Assembly: GCA_002418265.1 (NCBI GenBank)
Contig: DIDS01000014.1
Coordinates: forward strand, 72,588 to 136,587
Reading direction: 5' to 3'
Origin: Acidimicrobiia bacterium UBA5794
GTDB taxonomy: Bacteria; Actinomycetota; Acidimicrobiia; Spongiisociales; UBA5794
DNA: 64,000 bases
A program made the position numbers and the translations under genes. The notes under the pieces are model-generated. The model ran no database searches. It was given only the letters and a program-made list of their open reading frames with translations, and had not been told where the DNA came from. Of the stretch, positions 58,662-64,000 are shown in pieces (positions within the stretch are counted from its first letter, which is position 1; each line of letters opens with the position of its first letter).

Positions 58662-59228
58662 GTGGGCGGCGCTTGCGGTGGGGTGCGTGCAGGCGAGCCC
58701 CGCGATGAATCCGGCGATTGCCGACACGGCAGTGGGATCGAGTACGGGAACACTGACCGACCAACTCGCATCACTCACGATCGCAGAAAGCTCGGTCGGG
58801 TCGCATAGAAGATCGTTGCTGTTGTCGGCTCTGTGTACCTCGATCTTGGGGTAGGTCGATGACCGTCCTCCCTCGATGAGCACAAGGTCAGCGTCGGCCA
58901 TGTGTGCACAAACAACCGCGTCGATGTCGGGTGAGCGGCTCGGCGCCCGAAACACTGCGACCTGTACCGGACTCATCCCGACCACAACTTCGGCACCGGA
59001 ACGAGAGAAGCGATCGGTGTCCTTGTCTGCCAGGTCAAACGCACTGCTGCGATGGTGGTGCTTGATCACCCCAACTCGGAAACCGCGGTGCGCGAGATTC
59101 GGAACCAGTGCCTCGATCAAGGTTGTTTTTCCCGATCCCGACCGGCCAACGATGGCAACGACGGCCGGTGATGTTTCGCCGTACCCGCCGAACAAAGGAA
59201 AGATATCGCTCTGGCCATTTGACATCAT
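58659..59228 (-). CDS. mobB: Molybdopterin-guanine dinucleotide biosynthesis protein B
   Basis: GRSGSGKTT, VIKH, DKDTDRF..SGA, LIEG, PKIEV; AAGGAGG RBS. Confidence 0.88.
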   Translation of the reverse strand: MMSNGQSDIFPLFGGYGETSPAVVAIVGRSGSGKTTLIEALVPNLAHRGFRVGVIKHHHRSSAFDLADKDTDRFSRSGAEVVVGMSPVQVAVFRAPSRSPDIDAVVCAHMADADLVLIEGGRSSTYPKIEVHRADNSNDLLCDPTELSAIVSDASWSVSVPVLDPTAVSAIAGFIAGLACTHPTASAAH

Positions 59229-59353
59229 TCCGCCTCCTTGGTCGTGGGCCGTAGCCTGCGAGTCCACACAGTAGCCATCGAGAATCTATTTATGAGTTGG
59301 AATCATATGAACTACGAAACTGTGCTAACGTACCACAGCGAACGGAGGCCCAT

Positions 59354-62300
59354 GTGAAAAAAGTTACAAGGCGTAAGTTTCTCAAAGGATCAGCCGTCGC
59401 TGCTGCTGGGGCATACGTCGCCACACAAGCATTTGACTCGGCCTTCACCTTTTTTCAGGCGGCACCCGGTATCGACAATCCCCTGGTGTTCTACCCGACC
59501 CGGGATTGGGAATCGATCTACCGCGACCAATACGCCTACGACGGATCCTTCCCGGTCGTGTGTGCTCCAAACGACACTCACATGTGCCGTCTTCGCGCTT
59601 TCACACGAAACGGTGTCGTCATCAGGCTTGAGCAGAACTACGACGGCGGTAACTACAAAGACCCCGCAGGTAACTCCTCAACGGTCGCCTGGAACCCCCG
59701 CGGCTGCCTCAAGGGTTACACGCTCCATCGCAGGGTCTACGGACCGTACCGACTCAGAACCCCGATGCTACGCGCCGGATGGAAGCAGTGGGCGGACGAC
59801 GGCTTCCCATCCCTTTCGGACAATCCAGAGTTGCGGATTCAGTATCGCTTCGACAGCCGCTCCGAGGACGAATTCATTCCGATGGAGACCGCCGAAATCG
59901 ATGACTACGTCGCGCGGGGTCTCGAAGCGATCGCAGCAACCTACTCCGGTGAGGAGGGCAGACGCCGGCTGATCGATGAAGACGGCTACGAGCCTGAGAT
60001 GCTCGAGTTCTGGGAAGAGTCAGGCGTCCGGACGATGAAGTTCGGATCGTCCCTGCCCATCCACGGTGTTGCCGGAAAGTTCGGTCTCGGCAGATTCGCA
60101 AACATGCTCTCCCTTCTCGATGCCAGGGTGCGTGGTGTGGGTGAGGATGAGGCTGTTGGAGCCAGGGAGTGGTCCGAGTACACGTGGCGAGGCGACCAGG
60201 CACCCGGCTTCCCGTTTGTGCACGGTGTTCAGGCCGCCGAAACCGACATGTCAGATCTCCGTCAGTCGAGGCTGCTCATCCAGGTGGGCAAGAACCTCGT
60301 TGAGAACAAGATGCCAGAGAGCCACTTCTTTCAGGAGATCATCGAGCGCGGCGGCAAGGTCGTGTCCATCGTTCCCGAGTATGGGCCCCAGGCATCCAAA
60401 GCCGACTACTGGATCCCAGTCCGAGCCGGACTCTCTGACACCGCTTTGTTCCTCGGTATTGCCAAGGCGCTGATCGATCGGCGGCTCTACGACACCGACT
60501 TCCTCAAGCGTTTCACCGACTTCCCACTCCTGGTTCGTCTCGATACGCTTCAGCGACTCCGAGCCGATGAAGTGTTTGCCGGATATACACCCAAGCTCGG
60601 TTCTGGCGCGGTGAGTTTCACGGTCCACGGCATGACAGCGGAGCAGTACGCACAAATCGGTGACCGGGTCGTCATGTCAGAACAAGGTGAACTGGTTGCC
60701 ATCACACGTGAGGACATTGGCAACCGGATGTCTGCCGCGGGGGTCGACCCCACGCTCGACTTCCGCGGCGAAGTCACGCTCGCCGACGGATCGACTGTTG
60801 AGGTTGCGACGGTGCTTTCGATGTACCGCGATCACCTCAAGGACTACGACCTCGACACCGTGATCGAAATCACCGGTTCGCCGAGGGATCTCGTTGAACG
60901 GCTCATTGAGGACATCGCCACGATCAAGCCGATGGGTATCCACGTCGGTGAGGGCATCAACCACTACTTCCACGCAACACTCCACAACCGAGCCGTCTAC
61001 ATGGTGTCGATGCTCACCGGCAACATCGGGGTCCCGGGTTCGGGCGTCAGCACCTGGGCCGGTAACTACAAGGGCGGTATCTTCCAAGCCGCCCCATGGT
61101 TCGGGCCGGGGGTCGGTGGCTACGTCAATGAGGATCCGTTCCACCCTCTTCTCAACGTGGACGATCGTTACACCGCCGAGACGACCAAACACAGGGTCCA
61201 TGGTGAGGAGACCTCGTATTGGGGATACGGCGACAAGCCGCTTGTCGTTGACACGCCAAGTGAAGGCCGCAAGGTCTTCACCGGAACGACCCACCTCCCC
61301 ACACCGACAAAGGTGATGTGGTACAACAACGCCAACCTGATCAATCAGGCGAAATGGGCGTATGAGCTCGTCCACAACGTGAATCCGAAGGTTGACATGA
61401 TCGTCGACCAACAGATCGAATGGACCGCCTCGGCGGAGAACGCCGACGTCATCTTCCCCGTCAACAGCTGGATGGAGTTCGAGACACTCGAAATGGCGGG
61501 CTCGTGCTCAAATCCATTCCTCCAGCTCTGGAAGGGAGGCATCGAACCCCTCTACGACAGCCGTGACGACATCGCCGTCTTTGCCGGTGTTGCCGGGGCG
61601 CTCACCGCCCACACCGGTGAACAGTTGTTCGCGGACTACTTCACATTCGCAACCGAGGGTCGACCCGAGGTGTACCTCGACCGCGTTCTTGCAGCCTCGT
61701 TCACCACCGAGGGTTACACCGTGGACGACATCATGAACGGGAACTACGGCGAACCCGGCGGTGCGCTGATGCTGTACCGCACGCTGCCTCGAATTCCTTT
61801 CTTCGAACAGGTACACGACGACGAGCCGTTCTCCACCGATACCGGCCGGATGCATGCCTATGTCGATACGCCCGAAGCCATCGAGTATGGCGAGAACATG
61901 ATCGTCCATAGGGAAGCGATCGAGGCAACAGCGTATCTTCCCAACGTCATCGTGTCGACAAGCCCATACCTGCGACCCCAGTCCTACGGCATAGCCCTTG
62001 ACGACATTGATGCGGGTCGGCGCCAGGTGAGAAACGTGATGATGCCGTGGAGCGAGGTCAAGGCGACACGCAATCCGCTCTTCGAGAGCGGCTATCAGTT
62101 CCTGTGCCTGACACCCAAATCGCGTCACTCGGTGCACTCGTCATGGGCAGTGACGGATTGGCACTGGATCTGGAACTCAAACTTCTCCGACCCGTACCGT
62201 GAGGACAAACGTCTCCCAGGCGTCGGCGATACCCAACTCCACATGAATCCTGACGATGCCAGAGCTCTCGGGATCGACAACGGCGACTATGTCTGGGTGG

Positions 62301-62824
62301 ATGCCAACCCTGCCGACCGACCCTTCACCGGATGGTCCGCAGACCATGAATATTCAGACGTGGCACGCCTGATGGCTCGGGTGTCGTACAACTTGGCGTA
62401 CCCCGCAGGGGTAACCATGCTCAAGCACGCCTTTTACATGGCAACACCCCTGACGGTCAAGGCCCAGAAGGAACGCCCGGACGGTCGAGCACTGTCACCG
62501 AATGGATACCAAGCGAGCTTCCGGCACGGTTCCCAGCAGAGCATCACCCGAGGCTGGGCTCCCCCGATGCACCAGACGGACAGCCTGTTCCACAAGAAGG
62601 CGGGAGGGATGACGTTCATCTTCGGCTTTGACGTCGACAACCACGCCATCAACACCTGTCCGAAGGAAACGCTCGTCAAGATCACCAAGGCAGAGTCCGG
62701 TGGGCTCAACGGGCAGGGTGCATGGGAACCGGGAACCACGGGTGAGAGCCCTGGGTCTGAGAACGCCGCGATGCAGCGCTACATCATGGGCGACTTCACC
62801 ACGGTGCAGGGAGGTACGCCATGA
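59354..62824 (+). CDS. Type II DMSO-reductase-family alpha subunit, Nitrospira/anammox NxrA-like, with Tat signal
   Basis: VTRRKFLK; CAPNDTHMC (C-x3-D-x3-C)..NPRGCLKG; TWRGDQ; GKNLVENKMPE; TPKSRHSVHSSW; PKETLV. Confidence 0.88.
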   Translation: MKKVTRRKFLKGSAVAAAGAYVATQAFDSAFTFFQAAPGIDNPLVFYPTRDWESIYRDQYAYDGSFPVVCAPNDTHMCRLRAFTRNGVVIRLEQNYDGGNYKDPAGNSSTVAWNPRGCLKGYTLHRRVYGPYRLRTPMLRAGWKQWADDGFPSLSDNPELRIQYRFDSRSEDEFIPMETAEIDDYVARGLEAIAATYSGEEGRRRLIDEDGYEPEMLEFWEESGVRTMKFGSSLPIHGVAGKFGLGRFANMLSLLDARVRGVGEDEAVGAREWSEYTWRGDQAPGFPFVHGVQAAETDMSDLRQSRLLIQVGKNLVENKMPESHFFQEIIERGGKVVSIVPEYGPQASKADYWIPVRAGLSDTALFLGIAKALIDRRLYDTDFLKRFTDFPLLVRLDTLQRLRADEVFAGYTPKLGSGAVSFTVHGMTAEQYAQIGDRVVMSEQGELVAITREDIGNRMSAAGVDPTLDFRGEVTLADGSTVEVATVLSMYRDHLKDYDLDTVIEITGSPRDLVERLIEDIATIKPMGIHVGEGINHYFHATLHNRAVYMVSMLTGNIGVPGSGVSTWAGNYKGGIFQAAPWFGPGVGGYVNEDPFHPLLNVDDRYTAETTKHRVHGEETSYWGYGDKPLVVDTPSEGRKVFTGTTHLPTPTKVMWYNNANLINQAKWAYELVHNVNPKVDMIVDQQIEWTASAENADVIFPVNSWMEFETLEMAGSCSNPFLQLWKGGIEPLYDSRDDIAVFAGVAGALTAHTGEQLFADYFTFATEGRPEVYLDRVLAASFTTEGYTVDDIMNGNYGEPGGALMLYRTLPRIPFFEQVHDDEPFSTDTGRMHAYVDTPEAIEYGENMIVHREAIEATAYLPNVIVSTSPYLRPQSYGIALDDIDAGRRQVRNVMMPWSEVKATRNPLFESGYQFLCLTPKSRHSVHSSWAVTDWHWIWNSNFSDPYREDKRLPGVGDTQLHMNPDDARALGIDNGDYVWVDANPADRPFTGWSADHEYSDVARLMARVSYNLAYPAGVTMLKHAFYMATPLTVKAQKERPDGRALSPNGYQASFRHGSQQSITRGWAPPMHQTDSLFHKKAGGMTFIFGFDVDNHAINTCPKETLVKITKAESGGLNGQGAWEPGTTGESPGSENAAMQRYIMGDFTTVQGGTP

Positions 62825-63141
62825 CCGCCACCTGGGAACCGGTACGCCTCCTTGACGTTCGACCAGAGATCGACCCGGCCTTCAAGGTCGAAAAGGATGT
62901 TGAGGCCGAGGATCCCCTGGAGCTCGTCGGTGTCACATACCCCACCGATCGGGAGGCAGACACGATTGCCGCCCGGTGCTTCGTCGAGGAATATGCGATG
63001 ATCGGATGGCGTGCCGATGACATCGCCGCCCTCTTCACATCACCCGAGTATGCAGCGCTGTACCGCATGTTTTCGGCATACGGATTCGGCTTCGTCCATG
63101 AGGCCATTGCCTCCGTCTTTCCAGATCAGAGGAGAGCCTGA
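62821..63141 (+). CDS. Small hypothetical protein between alpha and beta subunits
   Basis: ATGA overlap with alpha and TGATG overlap with beta; GGAGG RBS. Confidence 0.75.
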   Translation: MTATWEPVRLLDVRPEIDPAFKVEKDVEAEDPLELVGVTYPTDREADTIAARCFVEEYAMIGWRADDIAALFTSPEYAALYRMFSAYGFGFVHEAIASVFPDQRRA

Positions 63142-64000
63142 TGGCACAGGTACACAACTGGCATCTCGGTCGTGACATGGAGTACCCGTACACCGGTGGC
63201 ACGTATGACCGGCAGTTCGCCGCCGTATTCAACATCAACCGATGCATTGCGTGTCAGACATGCACGATGTCGTGCAAATCCACATGGACCCACTCCCCCG
63301 GTCAGGAGCTCATGTGGTGGAACAATGTCGAAACCAAACCCTACGGTGGCTATCCGACCCATTGGGATTCACGATTGCTCTCCATGCTCGAGACGGCAAA
63401 CCCCGGTGGCCAGACCTGGACCAAGGAACCGGGCCCAACATCTGCCCCGTATGGCCAATTTAGTGGGCAGACCATTTTTGAGGCCGCAGACCTCGGTCAA
63501 CGCGTCCTCGGCTACATCCCAGAAGAGAACGATTGGAAGGCACCAAACCGCTTTGAGGACCACGCAACCGGCGCCCCAAGGACCGGTGCATCGCTCCCCG
63601 AGCATGAAGGCTGGTTCTTCTATCTGGCAAGGATCTGCAACCACTGCACCTACCCCGGATGTCTCGCGGCGTGCCCGCGAAACGCCATCTACAAGCGCCC
63701 CGAGGACGGCATCGTGCTCATCGATCAGGAACGCTGCCGTGGCTATCAGAAGTGCGTCGAAGGTTGTCCGTACAAGAAATCGATGTATCGCCCGACAACG
63801 CGAACCTCAGAAAAGTGCATTGCGTGCTACCCCCGAATCGAGGGAAGCGATCCCCTCACCGGCGGTGACCCCATGGAGACCCGATGCATGACAGCCTGCG
63901 TTGGCAAGATTCGGATGCAGGGTCTCGTCAACGTGAACACCGACGGCACCTGGATGAACGAGCCGTCGCACCCCCTGTACTACATGGTGCATGAAGAGAA
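63141..64000 (+). CDS. NxrB/NarH-like Fe-S beta subunit (runs off window)
   Basis: Manual translation MAQVHNWHLGRDMEYPY..FNINRCIACQTCTMSCKSTW..WWNNVETKPYGGYP..ICNHCTYPGCLAACP..CRGYQKCVEGCPYK..KCIACYPR; not in ORF track. Confidence 0.9.
   Translation, partial: MAQVHNWHLGRDMEYPYTGGTYDRQFAAVFNINRCIACQTCTMSCKSTWTHSPGQELMWWNNVETKPYGGYPTHWDSRLLSMLETANPGGQTWTKEPGPTSAPYGQFSGQTIFEAADLGQRVLGYIPEENDWKAPNRFEDHATGAPRTGASLPEHEGWFFYLARICNHCTYPGCLAACPRNAIYKRPEDGIVLIDQERCRGYQKCVEGCPYKKSMYRPTTRTSEKCIACYPRIEGSDPLTGGDPMETRCMTACVGKIRMQGLVNVNTDGTWMNEPSHPLYYMVHEE

Noticed and set aside
63172..63891. 239-aa ORF in the track
   Set aside because: Wrong frame; the real gene is the Fe-S beta subunit from 63141, which is open at the window end.

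Overview
GC-rich (~60% by eye) chromosomal segment, probably from an actinobacterium of the Acidimicrobiia type (inferred from DUF3107, homodimeric AceE, LCP and SLH-bearing proteins). It holds about 60 genes. Housekeeping genes include apbC/mrp, acnA, rlmN, bcp, galU-tal-zwf, typA, aceE, a dpp/opp operon and tatBC. The right third is a molybdenum/nitrogen-oxide region: a NarI-like + Nas/Nap-like Mo enzyme + 4Fe-4S + Rieske + HPP operon, modABC, mobB, and a Tat-signal NXR/NAR-like alpha-beta pair resembling the Nitrospira/anammox type. The top candidate for an undescribed system is at 7.8-11.3 kb. There, a 29-aa signal-peptide-only ORF missing from the ORF track carries a Cys-less pseudo-lipobox (LAG|A). 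It leads an operon of two membrane HD-GYP/HD proteins and a DUF5317 membrane protein with LspA-like Asp motifs, suggesting peptide-controlled c-di-GMP signalling. Also notable are a circularly permuted peptide-binding protein, dispersed REP-like palindromes (one translated inside rlmN), and heptamer tandem arrays at many gene ends. No rRNA, tRNA, CRISPR or transposase was seen. All family assignments are from motif recognition, not database searches.
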